From Candidatus Bipolaricaulia bacterium (GTDB lineage Bacteria; Bipolaricaulota; Bipolaricaulia; JBHIAT01): a DNA stretch of 48,748 bases. The notes below the pieces were generated by a model. That model was not told the DNA's origin. It made no database searches and saw only the letters and a list, made by a program, of their open reading frames with translations. Every line of letters begins with the position of its first letter. Position 1 is the stretch's first letter. The position numbers and the translations under genes were made by a program. This document shows, piece after piece, positions 9,529-18,471 of this stretch. The stretch covers positions 1 through 48,748 of the forward strand of contig JBHIAT010000006.1 of assembly GCA_046758705.1 (NCBI GenBank), given 5' to 3'.

Positions 9529-10384
9529 AAGCCCTGCAAACCGGTCGGCCGTCCCAGCCCTCGGGCACCGATAGCCCCAGGGCGAACAGAGCGGTCGCTG
9601 CTGTATCGTAGGTGCGAACGTCGTTGGGGATCCTGTAGCCACGCCGTATCCCCGATCCATGGATGATCCACGGGATGGTCATGTCCAACGGATTACGGCT
9701 GCCATGGGTCTTTCCATGCCCGCCATGATCGGCGGTGATGATGATCAACGACCGATCGAAGAGGTCCAGGTTGTGAAGTGTGGTGATCAGCTGGCCTACC
9801 ACCCTATCGACCGTCTCGATGGCCTCGATCTGCTTATTCGACATCCAGCCGAAACTATGTCCCGCGCCATCCGGATCGGCGAGGTGGATGAACACCAGTT
9901 GCGGCCGTTCGGCGGCGATATAGGTGACGGCGCGCCCCATCACCGTCTCGGCCGCGTAACCAGGGAAGTCGAACCGGTCCACCGTGTTGGGTTTGGCGAT
10001 GTGCTGCAGTTTCTGCTTCCCGACGAACATCGCCGTCTTCAGTCCCGCTCGACGGGCGATCTCGAAGACCGTCTCCGCGTGAACGTATCCGGCTCTCGGG
10101 TTCCAGAAGTTCCAGATCACCCTGTGCTTCTCCGGTCTGAGGCCGGTCAGCATCGAGACGTGAGACGGCAGTGTGGTGCTGGGGAAGATCGTCTGGGCTC
10201 GCCAGCTGTAGGCACCGTTCTGCCATAGGGTGTCGATATTAGGAGTAACCGCCCGCTGCAACGCATCGGGACGGAGCCCGTCGATGCTGATGATGAACAG
10301 ATGATCTGCGGATTTCTCGTCCGCCAGGACTGCGGTTCCCAAAAGGGCAATCATCAGTCCCATTGTCAATAGCTTCTGGATCAT
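9491..10384 (-). CDS. Exported alkaline-phosphatase-superfamily nucleotide pyrophosphatase/phosphodiesterase
   Basis: Signal peptide; ISIDGLRPD, PSTTLPSHVSMLTG, DGAGH and ITADHGG motifs. Confidence 0.88.
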   Translation of the reverse strand: MIQKLLTMGLMIALLGTAVLADEKSADHLFIISIDGLRPDALQRAVTPNIDTLWQNGAYSWRAQTIFPSTTLPSHVSMLTGLRPEKHRVIWNFWNPRAGYVHAETVFEIARRAGLKTAMFVGKQKLQHIAKPNTVDRFDFPGYAAETVMGRAVTYIAAERPQLVFIHLADPDGAGHSFGWMSNKQIEAIETVDRVVGQLITTLHNLDLFDRSLIIITADHGGHGKTHGSRNPLDMTIPWIIHGSGIRRGYRIPNDVRTYDTAATALFALGLSVPEGWDGRPVCRAFITPRDGAPPCR

Positions 10385-10989
10385 TGCTCTCCCTTGCGCA
10401 AATCCAACTCGTTATGGACGATGGTGATGCAGTGATCCGCGTGGAGCACCCGAGGGCCGACACTCACCTGCTCAAACCTGCTGAGCAAACGCTCCTCCGG
10501 TTCGGTGTAATTGAGGTGATCGCTGAGGACGAACGCCACCGGTTCGAAAAGTTCGGTCTCCCGCAATGGCGTCCCTGCTTCGTGGAGCACGATGACTTGG
10601 GTCCCCCCGTCCCTCACTTTGTCAAGTACCGCTTCCAAGCCTCGCTCGGATACAAAAACACCGGGCGTGCTCTCGCGCTCCTCCCCGGTTGCTCCCCCCC
10701 TCGTTCTCAGGCTCAACGCCCTGCGAATCAGCGCAGCGGTGCTCCGTTCATCGGGATTCAGATGCCTCAAACGCGCCCCCGAAAATCGTAGCGCCACCCG
10801 ATCCTGTAACACCAAGTAGAGTTGGACATCTCGCCGGATATCGTGTGACAGAGTGAACACACTGTTCACACAGCGGCACAGGACATCCAACCTCCCCGCA
10901 CTTCCCGGCAGATCGTTCAGGCTGAAGTTCGGATCGAGCGGCACCTTATGTCCTATGACGATAAACGTTCGCATGGCGGCTGAAACCAC
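10381..10989 (-). CDS. trmY: tRNA (pseudouridine54-N1)-methyltransferase TrmY (SPOUT)
   Basis: MRTFIV...FSLNDLPGSAGRLDVLCRC, SHDIRRDV, LNPDERSTAALI, FVLSDH and SVGPRVLHADHCITIVHNELD. Alternative start at ATG 10974. Confidence 0.88.
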   Translation of the reverse strand: MVSAAMRTFIVIGHKVPLDPNFSLNDLPGSAGRLDVLCRCVNSVFTLSHDIRRDVQLYLVLQDRVALRFSGARLRHLNPDERSTAALIRRALSLRTRGGATGEERESTPGVFVSERGLEAVLDKVRDGGTQVIVLHEAGTPLRETELFEPVAFVLSDHLNYTEPEERLLSRFEQVSVGPRVLHADHCITIVHNELDLRKGEQ

Positions 10990-11083
10990 ACCCTACAGGG
11001 TACGAAAAATCCGGGTGACATTCAACCGGTCACGAGATTTTGAACTTTGATAGGCGACAGCCTTAACATATTAAGGGATCACC

Positions 11084-11824
11084 ATGAGGAGATCGACCGT
11101 GGTTTATGCCTGCCTCGCGACCATCATCATCGTGTCGTTGGCATTTTCTTTGCGATTTCAACGGGCCGTTGCGGCACAGGTCGATGAATTCACCGAGCGG
11201 CGGGAGCGGATGGTGAGAGAGCAGATCGAGATCCGTGGGGTCAGGGACACAGCGGTGCTCGACGCGATGCGTCGAGTGCTAAGACACGAGTTCGTCCCAG
11301 AATCGCTCAGGGATCTGGCCTATGCCGACCGACCGCTCCCCATCGGATACGGTCAGACGATCTCCCAGCCGTTCATCGTCGCGCTGATGACCACGCTCCT
11401 GGAGCTTGAGGAGCACGATGTCGCCCTGGAGGTCGGGACCGGTTCGGGATACCAGGCGGCGGTCCTGGCTGAGCTCGTGGACCGGGTCTACACGATTGAG
11501 ATCATCGAGCCACTAGGGCGGGCTGCCCAGGAGCGACTGGCCCGGCTAGGTTATGAGAACGTCCAGGTCCGGATCGACGACGGTTACTTCGGCTGGCCGG
11601 AGGCGATGCCCTTCGATGCGATCATCGTCACCGCCGCGGCGACTCATATCCCGCCCCCGTTGATCGGCCAGCTCAAGGCCGACGGGGTGATGATCATCCC
11701 GGTGGGCGATCCGTTCCTGGTCCAGAACCTGGTGCTGATCCGCAAACAACCGGATGGGACGATCATCACCCGAAATATCCTACCGGTTCGGTTCGTCCCG
11801 CTGTTGGGCGGTCACGACACCTAA
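11084..11824 (+). CDS. pcm: Protein-L-isoaspartate O-methyltransferase with N-terminal signal/TM segment
   Basis: AYADRPLPIGYGQTISQP, LEVGTGSGYQAAVL, PFDAIIVTAA and VRFVPL motifs. Confidence 0.93.
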   Translation: MRRSTVVYACLATIIIVSLAFSLRFQRAVAAQVDEFTERRERMVREQIEIRGVRDTAVLDAMRRVLRHEFVPESLRDLAYADRPLPIGYGQTISQPFIVALMTTLLELEEHDVALEVGTGSGYQAAVLAELVDRVYTIEIIEPLGRAAQERLARLGYENVQVRIDDGYFGWPEAMPFDAIIVTAAATHIPPPLIGQLKADGVMIIPVGDPFLVQNLVLIRKQPDGTIITRNILPVRFVPLLGGHDT

Positions 11825-11838
11825 CCTTAGGAGTTGAG

Positions 11839-14244
11839 ATGTCTCTGGACCAGGAGGCGTCAGTCGAGTCGAACGTGCCTGCCTTCTCTGCGATCGGACT
11901 GATCTCCGCCGCGATCCTGGGCTATGAGATCGCCCTGATGAGAATCCTGTCCATCACTCAGTGGTTCCACTTCGCGTATCTGATCATCAGCGTCGCCCTG
12001 CTCGGCTTCGGTGCCAGCGGGACGTTTCTCACGCTGTTCCGCAGATGGCTCCGGTTTCACACAGCGTTCGCCCCGCTTGCGTTGCTGTTCAGTCTGTCGG
12101 TCGTCGCAAGTTTTCTGATCGGTCAGCGGATCCCGTTCAACCCGTTTTTGATCGTCTGGGAAGCGAGGCAGTTCCTCCACCTGTTCACTTATTACCTGCT
12201 GACGTTCGTGCCGTTCTTCCTGGGAGCCACCTGTATCGGCCTGGCGTTCATGGCATACGGACGTGAGATCGGCCGGGTCTACGCCTTCAACCTGCTCGGC
12301 TCCGGGCTCGGGGCCCTGGGAATCGTGGGGCTTATAAACTGGCTCCATCCCGCCTTCCTGCCGATCGCCGTCTCAGCGATCGGGTTGGTGGCAACCCTGC
12401 TGGCGATGAGCTATGCGAGGCGCAGGGCGCTATTGGCGCTCGGGGGGCTCGGAGGGCTCGTGCTGCTCGTCTACCTGGGCGGTTTCAGAGGACCCCAACT
12501 GGCGATCTCCGAGTTTAAGGGACTGAGCAAGACGCTCCATCTGCCGGAGACCGAAATCATTGCGGAACGCTACAGTCCTCTCGGACTGATCGATGTCGTC
12601 CGCAGCCCGGCGATCCGTCGTGCCCCGGGGCTGAGCCTGACGTTCCAGGAGAGTGTCCCGTCTCAACTGGGTCTGTTCATCGACGGAAGTTCGATCGGGG
12701 CGATCAGCGACGCGAGTCAAATCGCAGAACTCACCTATCTGGACGCGCTCTCCTCGGCGTTGCCATACCATCTGCTTCACACCCCGGAGGTGCTGCTGTT
12801 GGGGATGGGTGGCGGGGAGGGTGTCCTCCAGGCCCTGTATCACGGCGCCCGATCGGTGACCGCCGTCGAGGTCAACCCCCAGGTGATCGAGTTCGTCGGC
12901 CGGTTCAGCGATCTGACTGCTCGGGACGAGGTGGCGATCGTGGCCGCCGAGGCACGCGGGTTTATCGAAGCTGACGATCACCGCTACGATCTGATCCAGA
13001 TGCTCCCCGCCGGTGGTCTGGGGGGGGCGGCGGCCGGTGTCTTCTCGTTAAGTGAGGATTACTTGATGACGGTGGAGGCGTTTCAGGAGATGATCGCCCA
13101 TCTGAAGCCTGGAGGGATGGTGGCGATCACCCACTGGATCCGAAACCCGCCCCGTGATAGTCTCAAACTGTTCGCCATGGCCCGGGAGGCGCTGGTCGCT
13201 GAAGGGATAGAGGAGCCTGCAGCCCATCTGGCGGCGATCCGTAGCTGGGCGACCAGCACGCTCCTGATCAAGCGCGATCCGTTCATCCCAACCCAGATCG
13301 AGACGATCCGCCAGTTCAACCGGGAACGGCTCTTCGATCCCATCCACCACCCAGGTCTCAAGCTTGAGGAGGTCAACCGGTTCAACATGATCGACGGATC
13401 GTTGTTCTACCGAGGCGCACAACAGATCCTCTCCGAGGATCGGGACCGGTTCTTCAGGGATTACATCTTCCAGATCGAGCCGGCGACCGACGATCGCCCG
13501 TACTTTCACCACTCCTTCAAATGGCGGGCGCTGCCATATCTTTGGCGCAATCTGGGGCGGACGTGGGTCCCGTTCGTCGAGTGGGGATATGTGGTGTTGA
13601 TCGCGACGCTGGCTCAGGCGCTCTTGGCTAGCATCGTCTTGATCGTCGTTCCGTTGTTCGTCCTGCCGGCGACGCCGGTTCCGAAGGGTCGGGTGCTCGT
13701 CTACTTCCTGGGCCTTGGGGTCGGGTTCATGTTCATCGAGATCGCCACCATCCAACGGTTCATCCGGTTTCTGGCTGACCCGATCTACGCGATCTCGGTG
13801 GTGCTGACCGCGATCCTGATCTTCTCCGGACTTGGCAGCCTGTTCGCCCGTCGGTTGCAGCCGTCTCGTGGCATTCGGATCGCGGTGGTCGGAATCATCG
13901 TGATCGGGGCGCTTCACCTTCTGCTGTTGCCACCGATCTTCGATCTGACGGTCGCTTATCCGGCTCCGGCCAAGATCGCGTTGAGCGTTGCGCTGTTGGC
14001 GCCGCTGGCCTTCTTCATGGGGATGCCGTTTCCTTCAGGCCTTCAAGCGATCTCCGATAGATCCTCAGCGCTCGTTCCGTGGGCGTGGGGTATCAACGGA
14101 TGCGTTTCGGTGGTGAGCACGGTGGTGGCGGCGATGGCAGCGATCTCGATCGGGTTAAGCGGTGTCGTCGGCTTCGCCATCCTCGCCTATGGAATCGCTG
14201 GAGGGGTCGGATGGAAGGGATTGGGGGTGGGGTCAGGGTCATAG
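11839..14244 (+). CDS. Polytopic membrane protein with central spermidine-synthase-like SAM-binding domain
   Basis: N- and C-terminal TM bundles; LLLGMGGG..., VTAVEVNP, DYLMTVEAF, PATDDRPYF, MGMPFPSGL and WAWGING motifs. Confidence 0.8.
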   Translation: MSLDQEASVESNVPAFSAIGLISAAILGYEIALMRILSITQWFHFAYLIISVALLGFGASGTFLTLFRRWLRFHTAFAPLALLFSLSVVASFLIGQRIPFNPFLIVWEARQFLHLFTYYLLTFVPFFLGATCIGLAFMAYGREIGRVYAFNLLGSGLGALGIVGLINWLHPAFLPIAVSAIGLVATLLAMSYARRRALLALGGLGGLVLLVYLGGFRGPQLAISEFKGLSKTLHLPETEIIAERYSPLGLIDVVRSPAIRRAPGLSLTFQESVPSQLGLFIDGSSIGAISDASQIAELTYLDALSSALPYHLLHTPEVLLLGMGGGEGVLQALYHGARSVTAVEVNPQVIEFVGRFSDLTARDEVAIVAAEARGFIEADDHRYDLIQMLPAGGLGGAAAGVFSLSEDYLMTVEAFQEMIAHLKPGGMVAITHWIRNPPRDSLKLFAMAREALVAEGIEEPAAHLAAIRSWATSTLLIKRDPFIPTQIETIRQFNRERLFDPIHHPGLKLEEVNRFNMIDGSLFYRGAQQILSEDRDRFFRDYIFQIEPATDDRPYFHHSFKWRALPYLWRNLGRTWVPFVEWGYVVLIATLAQALLASIVLIVVPLFVLPATPVPKGRVLVYFLGLGVGFMFIEIATIQRFIRFLADPIYAISVVLTAILIFSGLGSLFARRLQPSRGIRIAVVGIIVIGALHLLLLPPIFDLTVAYPAPAKIALSVALLAPLAFFMGMPFPSGLQAISDRSSALVPWAWGINGCVSVVSTVVAAMAAISIGLSGVVGFAILAYGIAGGVGWKGLGVGSGS

Positions 14245-14259
14245 CGCCCTGCCCGGTGT

Positions 14260-14338
14260 GACTGCCTATCATGGTTCAACCGGTAGATAATACGAAACTC
14301 GCCTCCAGGTTTCGGTCTGGGCCACAGCCGTTGGATCA
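14260..14338 (-). pseudogene. RelE/ParE-like toxin remnant
   Basis: Minus strand reads LIQRLWPRPKPGGEFRIIYRLNHDRQ, combining PRP.G and G(D/E)xRIIY RelE motifs, with no start codon. It lies directly downstream of the AbrB-type gene. Confidence 0.55.
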
Positions 14339-14575
14339 GGTCAGATCCCGGAAAACTTCCTCGTGGGACAGGGTCTCGCCAGCTTCATACTGTTGGTTAG
14401 TCTCCGCCATGATCTCTTCCAGAGTGAGTTTCTTAATAAAGATTCGATCTCCCTGTCGGACAAAGACGATGTTATCTCCAACATCGATCCCAAGTTCTTC
14501 TCGGATCTCCTTAGGGATGGTGATCTGTCCTTGACGTGTAACTTTCCGAGTAATGATCGTCCGGGTTTCAGCCAT
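14336..14575 (-). CDS. AbrB/MazE/SpoVT-family antitoxin
   Basis: RKVTRQGQITIPKEIREELGI...GD signature; C-terminal GETLSHEEVF tail typical of RelE partners. Confidence 0.85.
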   Translation of the reverse strand: MAETRTIITRKVTRQGQITIPKEIREELGIDVGDNIVFVRQGDRIFIKKLTLEEIMAETNQQYEAGETLSHEEVFRDLT

Positions 14576-14728
14576 AAGATATCACTCCCTGAAATTAAAG
14601 ATATAGTAAAAATACTAATATTGCAACCTTTAACTTTTAACCAGTAGTCAGGCGGGTTGCTATGTTAACAGCGAGAATGACACAATCCTCGGACTGGCAC
14701 AACGCTGTAAACCTGTTCGGCTTCGGCG

Positions 14729-14773
14729 CTTTCGAATAATATGCTGTGATGGTAGATTATAAGCGGGATTCTG
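14729..14773. repeat. 45-bp direct repeat, copy 1 (42/45 identical to 16607-16651)
   Basis: CTTTCGAATAATATGCTGTGATGGTAGATTATAAGCGGGATTCTG. Confidence 0.9.
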
Positions 14774-14781
14774 TTCACTGA

Positions 14782-14920
14782 TCAGTTTTCCAATCCCATT
14801 TTCTTCAGCAATGCCGTGTACCTGGGGTCTGAGTGCAGAGGGTGCGAAAGCGGGCACTGATTTAATCATAAACATCACGGGATCGCGTACCTCATAGGCC
14901 TTTTCCAGCCATGCGAACGC
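14782..14920 (-). pseudogene. C-terminal fragment of a TolB-like/TPR (kinase- or cyclase-associated) protein, frameshifted
   Basis: AFAWLEKAYEVRDPVMFMIKSVPAFAP, then after a 1-nt shift LHSDPRYTALLKKMGLEN*. Matches the common WLEKAYE.RD...LRSDPRF..LL..MGL terminal motif. Confidence 0.65.
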
Positions 14921-14928
14921 CAGGCGGT

Positions 14929-14957
14929 TTGAGGCACTCCGAGACCCATGCTATTAT
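14929..14957 (+). promoter_or_regulatory. Sigma70-type promoter for the downstream TA pair
   Basis: TTGAGG-N17-TATTAT with an extended -10 TG. Confidence 0.55.
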
Positions 14958-14985
14958 ATGGCAGGTGTGCGAACGGAGGGCAACG

Positions 14986-15285
14986 ATGCTGAAGGAGCAA
15001 GCACTTAGAAAGCTCGTTCGAGAAGTGACCGGCAAAGAGCATGTTGAAGACGGCTTGGGTATCCTGCTGAAGAGCTATCTCAAGCAAAAGATAGCTGAAT
15101 ACAGAAGACAGATTGCCCAACTGGAGCGGGAATACGGTATGGAATTCGAGAAGTACGAAAAGAAGCTCGGTGAGAAGCTCCCGCTCACCTGGAAACACGA
15201 GCAGGACTACATGGCTTGGGAGGAAGCTGTGATCAATCTGAGATATTTTGAGCAGGTGATCGAGCAGCTGAGCACTCATGCCTGA
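14986..15285 (+). CDS. Putative antitoxin (TumA-like)
   Basis: GGAGG RBS before ATG 14986; LEREYGMEFEKY...DYMAWE pattern; overlaps the next gene. Confidence 0.6.
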   Translation: MLKEQALRKLVREVTGKEHVEDGLGILLKSYLKQKIAEYRRQIAQLEREYGMEFEKYEKKLGEKLPLTWKHEQDYMAWEEAVINLRYFEQVIEQLSTHA

Positions 15286-15610
15286 AGTGTTCATCGCTGA
15301 GGTGAAAGAAGTGATTCATGCCTTCCCTTGGATTGAGAGAGTTGATTCGGAAGCAGTAGGAAGAGTTGCCAGGTTAAGGCTTTGGATCGATGAGAACTTT
15401 GTGGATATCTATCATAATACCCAGACGGGATCAACTTCTTATGCTTACATAGTACAAGGTGACAGGCTGTTTGGGGCGAACAATATGCGTATCGGTTGGC
15501 ATATTCACTCTTTCGGGAATCCCGAAGTACATCGCAAGAGCAAGCCCATATCTATCAAGGAGTTCTTAAGCGAGTTAGAACGAGAGTTAAAAAACAGAGG
15601 GGAAATTTAA
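15278..15610 (+). CDS. Putative toxin, DUF6516/TumE-like
   Basis: 110 aa; SYAYI...R.FG.NN...WHIH motif resembles the DUF6516 family; coupled to the upstream gene. Confidence 0.55.
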   Translation: MPEVFIAEVKEVIHAFPWIERVDSEAVGRVARLRLWIDENFVDIYHNTQTGSTSYAYIVQGDRLFGANNMRIGWHIHSFGNPEVHRKSKPISIKEFLSELERELKNRGEI

Positions 15611-15612
15611 TC

Positions 15613-15631
15613 CTTTCGAGCAATACGCTGT
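15613..15631. repeat. Partial (19-bp) copy of the junction repeat
   Basis: CTTTCGAGCAATACGCTGT, identical to 16607-16625, starts 3 nt after the toxin stop codon. Confidence 0.85.
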
Positions 15632-15735
15632 AAGTGAACCCGAGAAAGGGTGTAGCTATGGGTTCGCGACCGTAAAACCGGCAAAGTCCCCAGCCTTTTT
15701 TATCCTCTGTCACAAAATAATCAACATCCGGTCGC

Positions 15736-16170
15736 TTAAAGCAGAGCGAGAAGCTCTTGGGGGCTTTTAATCTTCTTAATCCAGGGCGTTCCCTGAAGTT
15801 TTGGGTTTTCGAGAAAATCCCGTTTGTCCCGAGTAATCAGGTAGTCGATGTCAGGGAGCATAGCAGCTGCGAGGATAGGGGCGTCTTTTTCCACGATGAG
15901 CACCCGCGCTTCGTTTAGGTAAGGAGCATACGCTTCATAGATCTTCACTTCAATCTTTCCAGTCCCCAAGAATTGCAAGAAGTTATCAAGCGCGGCCTGG
16001 AACTCCTCGGGCTGATAAAGCCCGGCAAACTTCTCCCGGAGCTCCTCCAGGATGAAGTCGGTGACGACCACTACAACGTCTTGTTCTAAGAGCTTCCAGA
16101 CGAGCTTGCGCTTAAGACCCACATAGCGCATGCTCGCGATAAAGATGTTAGTATCAACTAAAACTTTCAT
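15736..16170 (-). CDS. PIN-domain (VapC-like) toxin
   Basis: MKVLVDTNIFI, ILEEL, KDAPILAAA and DYLITRDKRDF acidic PIN motifs. Confidence 0.88.
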   Translation of the reverse strand: MKVLVDTNIFIASMRYVGLKRKLVWKLLEQDVVVVVTDFILEELREKFAGLYQPEEFQAALDNFLQFLGTGKIEVKIYEAYAPYLNEARVLIVEKDAPILAAAMLPDIDYLITRDKRDFLENPKLQGTPWIKKIKSPQELLALL

Positions 16171-16223
16171 AAGAATAAAGAGGATCGGAAAGATTCCCGA
16201 ACCCAGGTTGCTCCAAGAGGGGA

Positions 16224-16496
16224 TTAATCAGACTTCCTCTGCCGGAACTTAGGAGCAATCATCTTCTGATAGACCTTTTCCCGAATCCGGTCAAGATCTG
16301 CCTTAACCTCTTCCTCGGTTTGATCTTCGATATCCCCAAGCTCAAGCAGTTTCTCTAAAACCTCCCAGAGCTGGGCCTTACGCAGGTAGTCCCGAATGGC
16401 CTCAGAGCGGCTTGGGTATCGGCCCTCCTTAACCTTGCGATCAATCATCGCGAGCTGCTCGGCGCTTAAGCGTACCTGGACTGACTGCATCGCCAT
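16224..16496 (-). CDS. Ribbon-helix-helix antitoxin
   Basis: VQVRLS...IDRKVKEGRYPSRSEAIRDYLR; AAGGAG RBS before ATG 16496. Confidence 0.85.
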   Translation of the reverse strand: MAMQSVQVRLSAEQLAMIDRKVKEGRYPSRSEAIRDYLRKAQLWEVLEKLLELGDIEDQTEEEVKADLDRIREKVYQKMIAPKFRQRKSD

Positions 16497-16521
16497 GGCT
16501 GTTCTCCTTGTTGAGCCTGAA

Positions 16522-16586
16522 TTGTACTGATTTTGTAATGACATACGAGTACAAATAAGAATAGCAGCTGACGGAGAGGCTGTCAA
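16522..16586 (-). promoter_or_regulatory. Sigma70 promoter with downstream inverted-repeat operator
   Basis: TTGACA-N17-TATTCT (16586-16558, minus strand); TTGTACT-N19-AGTACAA (16522-16554) is a plausible RHH autorepression site. Confidence 0.65.
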
Positions 16587-16606
16587 GAGAGGGTTTTAGA
16601 ATGGCT

Positions 16607-16651
16607 CTTTCGAGCAATACGCTGTGATGGTAGATTATAAGCGGGATTCTG
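16607..16651. repeat. 45-bp direct repeat, copy 2
   Basis: CTTTCGAGCAATACGCTGTGATGGTAGATTATAAGCGGGATTCTG. Confidence 0.9.
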
Positions 16652-16742
16652 ACGCTCGCCAGTGCCTTACCAATATCCTTGCTCTTGCTTGCACCGCCCT
16701 CGCTTGCCCTCACACCAGTACACATCAGCACATTTTCCGTGA

Positions 16743-16769
16743 TAGGGACATGGCATGGCGTGCTCCTAC
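16743..16769. repeat. Degenerate REP-like palindrome
   Basis: TAGGGACATGGCATGGCGTGCTCCTAC resembles GTAGGGGCACGGC..GCCGTGCCCCTAC RAYT-associated REPs. Confidence 0.45.
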
Positions 16770-16831
16770 TGCTTGGACCCGCGGTCGTGGCCGCCGATCA
16801 GAGCGAAGGTTGACAGAGATCGACTAAAAAG

Positions 16832-16860
16832 TTGACATAGTTTCGATAACTGGATAACAT
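16832..16860 (+). promoter_or_regulatory. Sigma70 promoter of the sugar ABC operon
   Basis: TTGACA-N17-TAACAT, upstream of the AAGGAGGAGG RBS. Confidence 0.6.
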
Positions 16861-16907
16861 GAAATTAAACTGCAGAACAAACAAAAACACAGAAGGAGGA
16901 GGTTGTC

Positions 16908-18338
16908 ATGTTAGAAGGGAGGTTGATCTCCCGGCGGAGCTTCTTGAGGGGAGTTGGAACGGGTGCTGTGGCGGTTGGGCTTGCCAGTTTCTCTCCTTTC
17001 CTAGGAGTTGGGCAACGTAGGACGTTGACGATGCTGACGTGGAGCCACTTCGTCCCCGCCTTTGACACGTGGCTCGACAACGAGTTCGCCCCGGCATGGG
17101 GAAACAAAAACAATGTTGAGGTGAAGATAGACCACATCGGTGTTGCTGATGTCCCTGCCGCTATAGCGGCCGAGATCGCTGCCGGACAAGGTCACGACAT
17201 CCAAGAGTACATCGCGCCCATGCCTCAACACGAGCCATCGGTGCACGACCTGGGTGATCTGACCCAGGAAGCGGAGTCGAAGTTCGGAGAGCAGCTGGCG
17301 CTCTGCCAGAGCGCTTCCTTCAACCCACACACCGGGAAGTTCTTCGCCTTCTGCCACGGCTTTGTCATCGACCCCGGTGACTACCGCAAGAGCCTGTGGA
17401 CATTGGCCGGCAAGCCCGAGGGCCCACGGACTTGGGACGACTTGCTGACGTTCGGGGCCAGGGTCTTTGAAGACCAGGGTGTCCCGGTGGGCATCGGCCT
17501 GTCACAGGAGATCGACACGGGTATGGCCACACGCGCCGCCCTGTGGTCCTTCGATACCGGCGTGCAGGACGAGAATTCTCAGGTCATCCTCAATGTGGGG
17601 ACGTTTGGCCGGCGGACGGTGGCGGCGGTGAAACTCTACGCCGAAATATTCCAAAACGCGATGACGCCGGAGGTGTTCGCATGGGGCGCTGCCTCCAACA
17701 ACCAGGCCCTCATCGGAGGTCGGGTCAGCTACATCCTCAACTCCATCTCGGCCTACCGTTCCGCCCAGAAGAGTGTGCCGGAGATCGCCAAGGATGTCTT
17801 CTTCGTGCCGGCGCTGAAGGGTCCGAGGGGGACGGCTCGGGCCAGCGAGCACGTCATCTACAACACCATCGTCCCGAAATATGTTCCCTCTGCTAAATTG
17901 GAGTTGGCCAAGCAGTTCCTGCTGGACGTCGAAACGAACTATGACCAGAGGATGTGGTTCAGCGAGCTCTATGACACGTTTGCCTTCGCGGGCGTTTCCC
18001 TGCCTTCCGGTAATCGCGGGTATCCGGCTGTAGCCGGCGCACAGACGGTGCAGGATCTATTCGACGTTTGGTTCGATAACGATCCGTTCGCGCTCCCGGG
18101 CGAGGACCCCACCAAGCTGCGGCCTCTGAAGACCGCGCTGGATTGGAGCGTCGTAGTGGGGTATCCGGGCTCATCGAACCCGGCGATCGGCGAGGTGTTC
18201 GCCACCCACGTCATTCCGAACATGTTCGCCCGAGTGGCCCAAGGCCGCCAGACGGCGGAGGAGTCGGTGGCACAAACGCATGCCGAGGTCGAGACGATCT
18301 TCGAGAAGTGGCGTGCGCAAGGGCTCGTTGGCGGGTAA
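16908..18338 (+). CDS. Carbohydrate ABC transporter substrate-binding protein, Tat-exported
   Basis: SRRSFL twin-arginine motif; WSHFVPAFD and SYILNSISAYR; first gene of a CUT1 operon. Confidence 0.88.
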   Translation: MLEGRLISRRSFLRGVGTGAVAVGLASFSPFLGVGQRRTLTMLTWSHFVPAFDTWLDNEFAPAWGNKNNVEVKIDHIGVADVPAAIAAEIAAGQGHDIQEYIAPMPQHEPSVHDLGDLTQEAESKFGEQLALCQSASFNPHTGKFFAFCHGFVIDPGDYRKSLWTLAGKPEGPRTWDDLLTFGARVFEDQGVPVGIGLSQEIDTGMATRAALWSFDTGVQDENSQVILNVGTFGRRTVAAVKLYAEIFQNAMTPEVFAWGAASNNQALIGGRVSYILNSISAYRSAQKSVPEIAKDVFFVPALKGPRGTARASEHVIYNTIVPKYVPSAKLELAKQFLLDVETNYDQRMWFSELYDTFAFAGVSLPSGNRGYPAVAGAQTVQDLFDVWFDNDPFALPGEDPTKLRPLKTALDWSVVVGYPGSSNPAIGEVFATHVIPNMFARVAQGRQTAEESVAQTHAEVETIFEKWRAQGLVGG

Positions 18339-18383
18339 GGGATAAGGAAGCTAAGCCCATAGCTCATAGAATGATAGGGGACT

Positions 18384-18416
18384 GGACTGGAGGCCTTGAA
18401 ATGGGGCTTCCAGTCC
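18384..18416 (+). other. Intercistronic stem-loop (mRNA stabiliser or partial terminator)
   Basis: GGACTGGAGGCCTT-GAAAT-GGGGCTTCCAGTCC, a 14-bp stem with G-U pairs, between the binding-protein and ATPase genes. Confidence 0.6.
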
Positions 18417-18471
18417 TGTTCTAGTTAAGTAGATTGAGGAGGATCTGTTCAAGAGAGGAGTCGCTTGATTT

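Noticed and set aside
14729..16651. Repeats as a CRISPR array or integron attC sites
   Set aside because: Spacing is ~0.9-1 kb with whole genes between copies, there are no cas or intI genes, and no attC inverted-core structure.
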